In this document: positions 25,323 to 38,771 of the stretch, in pieces
How positions within the stretch are numbered: the stretch's first letter is position 1
Layout: each line of letters begins with the position of its first letter
Assembly: GCF_021869535.1 (NCBI RefSeq)
Contig: NW_026262593.1
Coordinates: 13,268,001 to 13,332,000, forward strand
Direction: 5' to 3'
DNA length: 64,000 nucleotides
From: Mytilus californianus
Lineage: Eukaryota
Program-made: the position numbers and the translations under genes
Notes under the pieces: generated by a model
Database searches by the model: none
Told to the model about the DNA's origin: nothing
The model's input: the letters and a program-made list of their open reading frames with translations, nothing else

Positions 25323-27253
25323 TTAGTCTGTTATTACAAAAAACTTTATTAACTACAATGTATGTCAAACCTTCTGAACATTTATCATGGCTTAGACAGA
25401 AGTTTCTTGAAGTTGATAGTGCACTCAGCTATTTTTTTTCATATGCATTATGATGTATATAATAATTATTACTGATAAACATTCAAAATAGACTTAAAAA
25501 ATCATAACTCTTTTATAATAACAGCATCAGTTTCAGGCCAGACACAGGGTTACTCGACACCCATTACATTTTTTTCTATATTAAAAAAAAACTGAAATTA
25601 GAAAAAGGGAATGGGTACATTTACTGTTTCCGCTATTGAAGGAATTGTGTGCTCAGAATGTTCGCAAGGAAGCACAACTTAATACCACCCTTTTCCTGAC
25701 AAATTTCATAATTATGAAACTCTGAAATAACTTAAAAAAAGAGGAGATGCATCATAAACAGAATAGTAAGTTTCTCCTTTTGTACCAATTTAAATTTAAA
25801 CATCTCATATTCTCATTTATGTCCGAAATGCAGAATTGAATGGAAGATGTTGGCTTATTAAGAGAAGTTCATATGTTTGGAAATTTGGATCTTTCTCCAA
25901 ACGGAAACATTTTTAGAATAAAGATATTTCTTCTAAGAAAAAAAACAAAACAAAACAAAACAAAACACTTTCTTTTATTCTATAAACATCTAATATCTTG
26001 TCTTTCAAAATCATTTCTTTTACAATTGATACATATTGTATGAAGTAATGGTCGACTTTATTACTAGACAAATAATGAATAATCATGATAATAGCTTGTC
26101 TAGTTCGTTTATCAAATGATGTGTGTCCACGTACACATGTTGCCTATTACATCTTTGTGAATTTGGCTTGAATAAAAAATTGAATTGACAAAAAGCGACA
26201 TCTTTATTCCAGGACAAATTTAATATTATTATTAATCTTATTATTATTATTATTGTTATTATGATTGATCAGATCTAAATGCAATGTTGTAACAATAATC
26301 ATGTACTTTTATCAAATGCACTTTAACGCAGTACTATTCTGCGTCATTATCAGCAGTTATTTGTAATATTTAATCTGACGTTCGTATTTCACATACAGTC
26401 TATATAGTCAGCATATAAACAATAGCAAAACTCGTAAATATATTCAAAACAGATGACGAATCGTTTAGTATATTGTATATGTATAGAAAATAAATATAAA
26501 ATAGATAATGCATACGTTTTGAAATTCACAAATTTATAACTTCTTAAAGTTAATCTTTATAGATTGGCAACAACAATTTAAGGTTATGGAATTTATCCAC
26601 AATGGAGTAAAACTTGTGAGGGTCTACATATGCCCAAAAGCTGTCTGTTTACGGAAGTTCCTATATCGATTTCATTACATACAAATATGTGCCGGAGCAA
26701 CATTTTTGTCTTACTTTTATTTGACTTTTAGCCATACTTGCAACACCACAATATTCTACAAGCAACGTAATTAAGGCCAATACAATCAACTCTTGTTAGA
26801 GAGATGATTTTCATAATACTCCATGTTATGCGTTATGACGAAAGTATATTTAAAAGAATAAAATTAGATTTATAGTTTTTCAATCTCTCTGATATGTGAG
26901 TCTTGATTAAGAAGAGGAGGAATGGGTCCTTTATTTCTTTATTCTTTAATTTTTTAGAAGATTTCCCTCCATTCTTTGTTCATTTTGTTCATTATCCTCA
27001 TATTTCAGCAACCCATTATTCTATATCTTTATTATTATTATAGCCTATTTTTATCTTTTCTTTATTTCACTATCCTGGATTCTTATTCTGCACCTTTTGC
27101 CTATTATTCCCTAATCTGCTAACCTCATCAAGACCCTCTTGTATAAACCACTTTCCCGTAGTAACTACCTGTCTTTCTTGAAGTAGCGAAAGAATTTTGT
27201 TTTGTGCACTGTTGATCGAGAGTAAGGGTTGTTGGTTCAATATATGTTCAATA

Positions 27254-30200
27254 ATGGATAGACCTTTAGGGAAGAAGTTTGATCCTCGTCCGAAGAGAAT
27301 ACAGCGTTCAGATGGGTCTTACTGGGTAGCAAATCCATGTGTGTCTGAACATTTCCTAACCAAGCAAATTGGAGATATTGACCGACAAAAAGCTATGTTT
27401 AGTTCAGCACAATCGAGACAGCAGCGACAGTTATATCAAGATCTCAATAATATCAAGGCTACCAAAAATTGCCGTGAGTATAAAATATATAGATATTGTT
27501 AATTTATGATTTATATTGTAATATAGGATCACCAGTCCTTCACCTTTTGTTTGATACCTAAATTACCAAAAAATATTCCACATTGTTTGATATTTTCACC
27601 TATGCGTAGGAACCATTTTGTTTTAAACATGTACTACTTTCCAGTATGTTCTTTTTGACCGGGCCCGATTTGGTAGTGTTACATCTTCAAAAGTCCACCC
27701 GGTTTATTTTGCAAAGATTCCCTCTCAAACCGATGCTAGGGGCCGTCTTAAACTTACAGTGAGGTGAGAGTTGTTTTGCTCCGTGTTGGAGGCCTCATTG
27801 TGACTTTGAGATGAAGAACATCAATAAAAGCCCTGTTCCTTTGTTTTTGTGTGTTTTTGCTGTGCATGGATGAATACCCCATATCCTTTTTTTTTGTATC
27901 ATAGTGCTTTGGAGTGATTATGAAAAATATTGGAAAATTGACTACAGCAAAAAAAAAAAAAAAAACATTTAAAACAAAGAAACCAAAACCAAAAATAAAG
28001 TAAAAAATAAAAAAAAAAAAAAAAAAAATTAATAATCAATCCGAAAATACCAGATGCAATAATTGAAGAATCATATTTTTATTATAACCATAACCAGGAA
28101 GTTTATCAAGCTAAAGTAAGAAGATGTGAGGACAATTCTAGAAGTTGTTACTGATAATACCATAAATGCTGGCTGGAAAATATTCTATTTAATTCTTGCA
28201 GATAGAATTATGCTCATTAATAGATCCCTTTACGTTTGGCAAAAATAAGATAATGTTTTGACCAATTCTAAAATTTGGAGCTCTGTTGCAAAAGTATTTT
28301 GTCAACGGTAAGGTTAAATTCATATATGTACCAAGTCTAGAATTTCCAGTCATTCCGTTGCTTGATAAAGTCGAGCATTTATGGACTTTCCCTCTTTTAG
28401 TTTACTTTGAAGTTCGATTATTATATTTTTTTTCAAGTAAAATCTGAGAAGTCATTGCAAACGCGAGCATATTAAAACAACCTTAAAATGTAGACTCCCT
28501 ACGAGAAAAATGAACACGAACATCAAAGAAAAAAAATCGCGACTAAAGTAATCCTGTTTGGCTTTTTGTTACCAGGTTTAAGCTGAAATAAAGCGAATAA
28601 GAGCTGGCAGCAACAATCTACACGCAAATTTCAAATATACAAATCAAGATAATAAAAAGACAAACGCATTGCATGAACCCTACAACGAAGCTAGACCGAA
28701 TGCGTCTACAGAGATAGGGTCTCCTGCTATACGTGAATCTGTTTTTTTTTTGCCTTTGATGAAATTTTAAAGATAGCTTCAGATTTTTTCTTGTTATTTT
28801 TTTGCAGGAAGCTGTTTGTAGTATTTATTATCTTTTTATTCATACATTTGGTAATAACTTATGTTTATGCAGATACTCCACTCTCAATTGTGCTCGATTT
28901 TTATTTTTTATCATTATATCATATACAAATATGTAAATATTATGAAAATGAAAATAAAACGATTTGTTTTGCAGGTCCCGGTCCCGGATATTTTCGGAGA
29001 CGCGGAAGCGGACGACATTCTGTGGCAGAGACAACTTTCTCAGATATGATCGATAAGTTCAACAAACACAGAGCAGAGCAGCATTTTGTGAATAATTTGT
29101 TAAAGAAAAGACGTGAATCATTGTATTCTATCTCAGCGGGTAGAAATCGGAAGTTTTCATCTGATAGCACGAACAATTTGGCGACAAATAAAACAGATAC
29201 TTTGAACATAGACCAAGAACACGATTATGAAAGTTTATCCCATACTACGGATGATGACACTGAGAGCTTTAGAAATCTTTCGATGAGCGGAACCCATGGA
29301 AACAGACAAAAGAAAAAACTCCAAAAAAGCAAAATTCCTAGTCGTCACAGTGTTTATGAAGTTACTAAAGATAACGTGCATCATGATTTACGAGATGACC
29401 ACAATAAAGAAGAAATTACGTACACACGTTTACCTCGCTCTAAGCCGAAACCATCGTGGGCAGGCGGACATGACAGCCGCCTTTATAACACGATCGCTGA
29501 CAAGAAAATTATATCTGACGAAAAGAAGCAAAACAAGGTCAAATCAAAACGAGCAGTAAATCTTTGGGGTTTGATTAGAGAAAAAGCACTATGTCCTGAT
29601 GATATCAAATCACTAAAAGACAACAATGTATTAAACGAGACGGAGTCGAGTAAACATAAAGAATGCATCCATGAAAATATAAACGCACAACCTAAAACCG
29701 ATGATCAAAAATTAATGGAAAAGCAACACGATACTGTTACACGCTCACATTCTTCAGAGAGTAATAAAGTTTCATACGAAAAGATCAAAACTCCTATAAA
29801 AACATTGACAAGTACAAATGTCGACAGTAAGGAAGAATGTAGATCTAAGAATAAGGCTTATGATTCGGCGAATAAAGGACAAAATTCAGATAAGCCTTCA
29901 AAGTATCGAATACAAATCCTTAGAAAGACAACAAACCAAAACGTGCAAACACCAAGACCCAAAAGCGCTAGAGGAAGAGGTAAAAACACATGTTATTCCG
30001 CGGATAACATCACGATTAAGGGTACATGTAGTAAGAAAGACGATGAGCATGAAAGTTCTAGTGAATTAGAGTTCAAAGCTCCAAAATCTAAGGCTACCAG
30101 TGACGACGATGCAAGTCTAAATAATTATCTGTATTTAGAAAAGTCTGAAAATGAAATTACAAATTCCTCAGATAGAAAACTGTCATACTTTGACCTAAAC

Positions 30201-30635
30201 ATCGACGACAACACACCTGAAGTAAGAAGACCTTCTGAACGGATGGGTCAAGTTCGAGAGTTGTCCGTAGAAAGAAGCTATACAAATGAATATATCCCTT
30301 TTGATGAATCTCAAACTTCGGATAAACATTTACACCATTGTCATGGAAACTTAAGCAAAACATCAAGTTCATCTCATGAGAAAAATGAGGACTTGAAAAA
30401 AAAATCACGCGAGAAAATTAATGATGAATTATGGGAAGACGTTAAGAAATGTCGTTACCTGAGGGGTTACGACCCACCTGAAATGATAATGCCAGCTAAC
30501 GTCAATGTGTTTGTCTTCGGTAAAGATGAAAATGATATCATAGAAGAGATCAGGATAGAAAATCTAGCAAAGGATCAGAAGAGCGATGAGAAGTGTCAGT
30601 TAAAGAAGGAGAACAACGACGAAAAACAATCTTAA
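27254..30635 (+). CDS. Two-exon gene (27254-27473, 28975-30635), 626-aa uncharacterised, mostly low-complexity protein
   Basis: ATG at 27254, phase-1 donor TGCC|gtgagta and acceptor ttttgcag|28975 join in frame (220+1661=1881 nt). The 1.66 kb open frame in AT-rich DNA is Ser/Lys/Glu/Asn-rich and ends in ELWEDVKKCRYLRGYDPP. Confidence 0.75.
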
Positions 30636-32289
30636 CTTTAGTTACTGCTTGTTATTTGTCAATAAAATCGTCCTCTATAAGAATAGTACAAAGTTGTTTC
30701 AATAAATAATTAAAATATTCTTATAACTCATAAAAAATATCCATTTTCTTTTTCTCGTATAAACACATTTCAGCTAGAGATACGAAGTTAATCATTCAAA
30801 CTTGCACTTGTCATAAGTGTCCAGATAACGATTGCATAAATGTATACCTTATGGACACATATAAAGTTATTATTTCTCCAAACATTTGAATACATTATTT
30901 GGTGCGTCAAAAGCTTGAACCCCCGAAATACCAAGGATGCCAAACAGTACTTGAACACGCTAGGCGCCTTATGATTAAAAGGGATCTTAGGTATTATTCT
31001 GACTTGCTATGTTGTCTCTGTTGTCGAAACGTCTAGGTAGATGATCATCATGTATCAGATTGATTGATAATTTTAGTTTTTTTTTATCCTAATGTACGAG
31101 ACTTTGGTAATTTTTACGATAATAGTAACAAGATGCACTTCCCTTGCTGGTATGTTCAAATTGCATATTGTGTTCATAATTTTGCTTTCTGTTCTTGTTG
31201 CCCATGTTGCCCATTCTGTTGGTAGTGGAATCAACAAATCCAAAGATAATTAGCATTAGATGGTACGTCATAAGCGAGAAAAAAAGGAAACACAGATATG
31301 CCATAATGATCAAACAAATTTTGTCCGTACAACAATCGAACCTTCAGTTCAATCGGGTTTTAAAATGTTAAATATGTTCCCCCTCGCTACGCTCGTCCAA
31401 ACATAAAATATTTATGATGCATACAAAACAAAACAAAGACCGATTTGGGAGGGGATACAAACCAACAAACAGACAGAATGTACGGAGAAAACAAAAGTCC
31501 ATACATTAAGTTCTTCATCTCATTGCAGTGTGTACGATCTACCAAACAGACTACAATGAATTAGAAATTATTCTAGGAATGCTATAACATTCTATCTGAA
31601 ATAGAGATTTGGAACAATTAAGTTAGGCTGAGAAATTTTGATGAAATAGTTATCATAAATTCAGCTTTCGTCCATTTACTCTGGAGGAAGAAAGTGTCGT
31701 ATCGACCGTAATTATGCATAAAAGAAATATGTGATCATTAAGACAAGAACAGCTAGTAGATATATTAAAGTCAGCACAGAGTCTTCAGCTACAGACAAAT
31801 GTTGACAATATTTTTAATTTTAAAGCGCACAATGTCGAATAAAATGATGAATAACTTGTCGATATTCAATTGCTTAAATAAGAAAACTATTAAGATAACA
31901 ATGATGGTAGTTTGAATCGTTTTGGAATAGTTGTAAACGTGGTAGCAACATGTAAATCGAGTTAGTACACAGTTCGTCTTTTTCGTAAACTCAATATATG
32001 TACATCTGGCAAAAAATCTCAGCAAAGATCGATTCCTTGCTTTTAAATTTTTACGCAAGGCGCGCGTTTTGTCTACAAAAAAACTCATTGGTGACGCTCA
32101 GATCAAACAAAAAAGTATAAAGAAAAATCCTTTCCGAAGTTAAAAAGAAATTTATCTTTATAATTCGGACGGTTGAGCTGATTCCTTGTCTGACAGTCGA
32201 TACTTTTTGTCACTTCGACTATGATTTTTTTGTGATATCTAACTCTTCTTACATTGTAAGTTTGTAGTTTTATTTAGATATGAGTATCT

Positions 32290-32575
32290 TTAAAAAATTA
32301 AAACAATACGTTATAAATTCCATGCGTCGCAAGCGCTTTTTAGGATTTACCTTCATCAGGAACTCTCAAAGCAGAATATTTGAAAGCCAAGGATGTATAA
32401 GAACCGAAACAGATGAAGAGGTATATAACCAAAAAGGACACAAAAGATTGCCAAAATCCATCTAAGGTCAACTTTGCTTGAGCGAGTTGAAACCTTAGTT
32501 TCAAACAATTTCAAAATTTATTGACAGACAATTTTAGAAAAGTTTGTTATAAATTATATTAGTACCGATGTACAT
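32290..32575 (-). mobile_element. Degenerate minus-strand retrozyme copy with an inactivated hammerhead
   Basis: The reverse complement reads gagagttc CTGATGA aggtaaatcct AAAA agcgct TG cgacgc, so GAAA and the UC cleavage site are both mutated. Confidence 0.75.
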
Positions 32576-33300
32576 CCAAACTTTTGTCGATCAGTGGTTC
32601 TGTTATTGATGAATTTTCATCTTTTCATTTTTCATCGTTATACTTATCCTTGGTTTAAGCCGCATCATCACTAAAATAGTCATATAAGAATTCCAAATGC
32701 CAATTGTGACACCAAACGAAACACACATGATGGGTTCAAAACATCATATTAGAGCCACAGCAGGCACATTCGAGGCACGCTCGCTACGCTCGTCCAGAAA
32801 TAAATTATTTATGATTCATACAAAAACAAAACAAAGACGGATATTTCAGGGAATACAAACTAAACAATTTTAATTGGAAGACATGTTTTTAATAAAACAT
32901 GCATGAAGAAACAAAAGTCCATACAGTAAGTTCTTCATTTCCCTGTTTATACGATCTACAAATCAGAATACAAAGAATATGAAATTTATAAACAACCATG
33001 TATTATCAATGTGATTGTACATATTGGTTGAGTTGCTTGAGATATAATATCGAGCTACAAAAGTAAATTTGATGTCAATTTTAATACTTTACCAATTCCA
33101 CAAGTGGAGCAGCATTTGCTTCCCCTTCCGAACACATTAAATCACCCCTAATTTTCGTGGGATTCGTGTTGCTCAGTCTTTTGTTTGCCTTTTAGTCACT
33201 TTTTGGTTTTTGCCATTGCATTGTCAGTTTGTTTTCTCTGTCAGTTCGTTCTTAACTTATGAATTTGAATTTCTTTTTGATATCTTTCGCCTTTTTTTCT

Positions 33301-33572
33301 CATCCGAAGTGCTCAAACCATATATAAGAATTGTAAGAGTATCAAATATTAGAGTACATTTAAATCCAAACCCACATAAGATTGATTGCAATGTATAAGG
33401 ATGTCGACACTTAAAAATAGAAACTATGATAACAGATAGTATTTCAAAAAACTTTTAAACCTGGTTGTATCATCAGCCGAATCATCACTGTCTGATTCAA
33501 ACAATACAGAGAACTACAGTTGCTGTAATGATAATATGAGGCAGGTGTTTCCTGTGAAAGATGACGAAATAT
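33301..33572 (-). pseudogene. Diverged genomic duplicate of a NOC2L intron/exon fragment
   Basis: Matches 50291-50312, then 51098-51276 (including the exon end ...GATGATACAACCAG|gt), then 51395-51450. Confidence 0.8.
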
Positions 33573-34097
33573 GGGTTCATTCAATGAGTGTTTTTGGTAA
33601 TCTGATATAGAAATTTATGGGAAATAAAATCGTTTAAAACAAGGCAGTTTCTGTGAACAGTAATGTGCAAAATCGAATCTTGTAAGACGGAAGTTAAGAT
33701 TTTGGATTTACTGGTATATACATTAATATTAACTTACTTTTATTGAGGATTTATATTGTCTTCATATATAAAAAAAAAAAAAAATTTGTGCAATAAGATA
33801 AAGAAAATATGTAGTACTTTATGAGAAAACTTAAAAGGCGCAATACAAGTCTATGGGATTCATTAAAAAAAACACACGTTTTGTACCTATAATGAGCACA
33901 TTCCAATATATAATGATATATTTGAAACTGAATCTTTTGTGTGTCAGATAGTACAGTAAAATAAAAGTTTTTTTCCCTCTTGAAACCGTTTATTTTGTTT
34001 TTGAAAACATTGAATTTTGTTGATTTTTCATCAAAATTGACCGTGAAAGATCGGACAACGCAATATCTTGATCGTGAACGACAAGGCGTGACCAGAA

Positions 34098-37000
34098 GGA
34101 CGCAGGACGTTTGCGCTTTTTTACCTGTAACTCTAAAGGACATTTGCGCTTTAAACTTTGATAACCCTGAGCAAAATTGACAAAACATTTACGCTTTTTG
34201 CCTATAAAAGTTTAACTGTAATCTTTAATTTTTACCAAAGTAATGGAAAGATGTTCACATATTCTTTGAAAGTTCTTCAGAACAAACGAAAAAATCAGAA
34301 AAAAAATATTCGGGTAAACCAGACATATTATAAAAAATATAGTATAAGAAAATATAAGAATATTTTTATTATTCCAATCAAGGGCCCTTGGTGGGCAACA
34401 TAACATGTACACATAAAACAATACATCATGATTTGTAACAGAAAAACATTTTTATATATTAAAATGAAACATTGAAAAGTTCAGACAGATGTTATTATCT
34501 TCATTCTATAAAAAATCACATACATTTAATTCCAGGCAGGATCAGAACTATAAAATCATTACAATTATAATTGTTATTACATACATTAAATAACATTTCG
34601 TCTAACATCTAGACATGTAATAATATAGCTCCCTAAATATTTAAGTATAGACAAATTTTCATTAGTAAATAACCAAACAAATTTTGCCTCATTTGAAAGA
34701 TATATAAAATTGGGACAGATACAGTTTATCTCCTTGAAAAATATCTCCCTATCATTATTGTATGCTGGACAACTAGTAATAAAATGTTGTTCATCTTCAA
34801 CCAGATTTAGAGTACATTTCTTACAAAGCCTTTGGTCTCTTTCTATATATAAAGTTTTATACCTGTCTCTTTCTATTTTGAGATCATGTGCACTGATTCT
34901 GATTTTACATATGGCACTTCTCAATTGAAAATTGTTTAAAGATAGATACATTTCTTTCGAAAAACAAGTTTTAAGTTTGAAATAAGTATCTAATTTACTA
35001 CTCTTTGTATCTCTTCTTTTTGTGTTCCAAAATTTTACAAAACTATTACAAAGTTTTTGCTTAACTGACTTGATAAAAAAGTTGAGCTTTACCTCCAAAT
35101 TATGAATATTCAGCTTTTTAAAAATGCAATGTATGGATGAATACCAGCATTCAATATTATTATTAAACATGTTTTTGTTACACATATAGGTATCATACAG
35201 TAAACCATCTTTCATATTTTTTATTCTAAACCAATATTTCAGCATTGATAATACAACTGAAAAATATAAAGGGAATCTACCAAGCTCTCCTAGCACATCT
35301 AGGTTCGAAGACTTTTTGTTTACACCTAATATATACTTCATATATCTTAAATTGGATTTATCTAAAAAATCATTCATATAAATGTGCTGTAACAAATATT
35401 CACTTTCTTTCTGGCATGCTGCAGAGCTAGTTTTAAACATACCTGTAATTTCACTGCCATACATTAAAATGGGTTTTATTGTATGGTCATATATATGTAA
35501 TAGAGTAGAAATGCTTGGATTGGAAGATGATAAAGATCTTTGCAATTTGAATACAGCTTTTAGTGATTTTTTGTATAATTCTTCCTTTCCTTGCTTAAAA
35601 AGTCCACTCGATATAAATTTTAAACCTAAATACTTATAATTATTAACACATTCTATTGTATCTTTTTCGAAATAAAAATAATCTTTTAAAAGTTTACCAG
35701 GTTTGTTAAATATAATAACTTTGGTTTTAGATAGATTGACCTCTAAACACCATTTAGTACAAAAATTGGATAAACCATCAAGTCGTTTTTGAAGACCTGC
35801 CTTGGAACTAGAAAAAATAACAATATCATCTGCATACATGAGGCAGTCAATCCTGCGACCGTTTATATCAACAGAGTCTGGGCTTTCCTTAAATACATCC
35901 GGTAAATCATTTATAAAAATCTTGAAAAGGTTTGGACTTAAAACATCCCCTTGCTTTACTCCAATTTGAGAATAAAAATTAGGAGTAAGCACATCATCTA
36001 TTTTAACACATAATTCACTTTTATTGTACATATCTCTCAGGATTGCATAAAAGTTACCACCTATATTATGTTTTAATAGCTTATATTTTAAACCAGAATG
36101 AATGACTTTGTCAAACGCTTTTTTGAAATCAACAAAGCAAGCATAAAGTTTCCCACCTTTCATACTGGTGTACTTATCCATTATAGTTTTTAATACAAAC
36201 ATGTGATCCGATGTCCTACTTTTACTTGAAAAAACAATCTGACATGGATTTATGATATTATTTGTTTCTAAATATTTATCAAGCCTTTTGTTTAGTATTG
36301 AATTAAATAGTTTTCCTATACACATATTAATTGCAATACCCCTGTAGTTTTCAGGTTTAGATGGATCCTCAGCTTTAAAAATTGGACAAATATATGCTGA
36401 TGACCATTTTTTGGGATATATTCCTGAAGAAAATACAAGATTAAAAAGTTTTTTAAATAATGGAGCCAAAATACTAGCACCACTCTTCAGTATTTCATTT
36501 GGGAGGCCATCTAAACCCACTGCCTTTCCACATTTTAACTTACAAATAGTGTCTAACACCTCCTTGGAGGTTATCCTAAAATCTAGTTCATTGAACGAGT
36601 GGCTTAATTCCATGTTTTTGAGTATCTTGTCAATTTGATTAATTCTAGATTTATATTTATCTGGTATTTTATTAAGTGATTTAAAGTAGGTATACCAAAC
36701 ATTTGTATTTACTGTTTTTTCTGGACCCTCCTTTTTATCATCTTTTAGTGACTTGATTAAATTCCAGTATTCTTTTGGATTATCTTCCCTTAACCCATCA
36801 AGACTGTCCAATATTTTTTGTTTAAATTCTCTCTTTTTTCGTTTACGAGATTTATTATATTCTCTATAGCATTTGAAGTACGACCCCCTTACAATTGGAT
36901 CAAAGGGAAATTTAGATAGGAGCTTCCCTTTAGAAATGAGTATCTCCCGTTTTGTTTTTAAGTCAGTATCAAAGAAGTTTTTATTTTTATGCTTTTTTTG

Positions 37001-38771
37001 CTTAACAGACTTTTTAAAGACTGTTGCTTTATTAGCAGCATTAACTATTATTTCATGACATGTATTCACAGCATTCTCAATGCCCTCAGATGTATTTTCA
37101 AAACTTTTGTCGAGAAAATTTTTAATACTGTATTTTGCATCTGCCTGTGTTAGTGCATCACATAATTTTTGACCCGCCTTGGTTGACCAAATGTATTTAC
37201 CTGGGAATGTTGTTTCATTCTGATTCAGATCTTGTCTCTCAACAGAATAACTTGCTAATATTCCAAATGAAAGTTTACAATGACAGTCTGACAGAGTAGA
37301 AATAAAATCAGAAACTTGAAAGTATAATGTGGTGTTTAACAAGTCTTCTGACATGACAACATAGTCAACTACACTTGAACCTGTTGGTTTGATACAAGTG
37401 AATTTACCAGAGGAATCACCCCATAATCTACCGTTCACAATACGTAGTTTGGAAGAGATACATAAATCCAGAAGCTGTTTACCTCTACTATCAACTTTAC
37501 AATCATTGCTACATCTAATTTGTTGTATAATATCACAATTATAATTATCGTACATTGGTATATGATCATCACTTGAATCATCTTGTATAAAATCAGGTTC
37601 TGACCCTGTCCTGGCATTTAAATCCCCACATAATATAATATGGCCTTGATTATTGAATTTTGTGGCTATATCTTTTTCAATACTTTCTAAAATGTCATCT
37701 TCTGATTGACTGGCATATTATGAGGTGCTAGGTATAATATAAGCCAAGCAAAGAAATAAATCCTTTTTTAAGTTGAAATAAAATTTGTCAAATTTTAACC
37801 ATTGATAATCTTTGCTTGTATTTTGTAAAATTTTAATGCCATTTCGAATATCATTTTTTATCAATATACCTAGACCACCATAAAATCTTGCATTGGTGGA
37901 TTGTGGTCTACATACTGGATAGTACCTGTATCCGTCAATATTAACAGAAGTGTTATGACCAAGATGTGTTTCAGTTAACAAAATCACTTCATATTTTACT
38001 ATTTCTTGTATAAATAAAGGGTCTGAAGTTTTATTAAAATTTTTTGATATTAGTCCGCCAACATTCCAGACACAGAATGATAAATTTGAAAATATGTTAG
38101 AGTTTGTGTCTTTTTTCTTGATCATGTTTTCCTATATTTATATATTCACGTAACTATACTTATGAAGTTTACCCTTTTTGGAATAATAAATTATTAGTAT
38201 ACGTTTCTGGGTAACGATAGAGAAAACGAAACTTTTTATGGTTGGAACATTTGAATGTTGGCCGAAATTCTTCAATTAGCATTCTTATTAGTGGATTAAA
38301 ATTAAAAACTATATTCCTTTTGTGGTTATTCTGTTGCATGAATAGTCCGAGGAACTGTAACATCACAGTTCATCTAATAAAGCTTGTTTTAATTTGTGAA
38401 GACCGAAATTTTATTTTAAACAACCTGCTGTACCTTTTAGAAAGAGTCATGGTTGTTATAAGGAATTTACTCCCATCCACCCTCTTGGAGTGTTGTCGTT
38501 TATATCTGACACAGCATGATGAGAGAAGGTTGATGCTTTTAGCTGTATATATATATATATATATATAAATGTTTTGTGTTTTTCTTATGTATTAAATGAT
38601 TTTTCATGTTATGTTGATAAAGCGCAAATGTCCTATTGAAAAATCGCAAATGTTCTATTAAAAAAAGCGCAAATGTCCTATTGAAAAAGCGCAAAAGTCA
38701 TAAACATGTAAGCGCAAATATCCATTAAGAAAGCGCAAATGTCTTATCAAAAAGCACAAACGTCCCGCGCC
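34098..38771. mobile_element. Possible foldback element with subterminal inverted motif arrays enclosing the LINE
   Basis: Left motifs ggacgtttgcgctttt, ggacatttgcgcttt and acatttacgctttt (34098-34200). On the right, about seven reverse-oriented aaagcgcaaatgtcc-like motifs (38618-38771). Confidence 0.5.
34343..38540 (-). mobile_element. Non-LTR retrotransposon (LINE; RTE-X-like/CR1 group), ORF2 38125-34586 with one in-frame stop
   Basis: APE motifs: WNVGGL, LTETH, GDLNAR (in frame after TAA at 37718-37720). RT motifs: FVDFKKAFDKV, GVKQGDVLSPNLF, YADD. C-terminal CKKC...EDEQHFITSC. The 3' UTR has a gccc-accaa-gggc hairpin, AATAATAAA and a short ttcttata-type tail. The clade assignment is inferred. 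Confidence 0.9.

Noticed and set aside
28583-28732. Possible 150-nt phase1-1 cassette exon in the orphan gene
   Set aside because: The frame is open, but the donor (gtgaat) is weak and the stronger nearby acceptor leads to a stop. It cannot be supported without transcripts.
28791-28974. 5' part of the 614-aa ORF as coding sequence
   Set aside because: It starts at TTG, is T-rich and ends in a canonical acceptor at 28974. It is intron sequence read through in frame.
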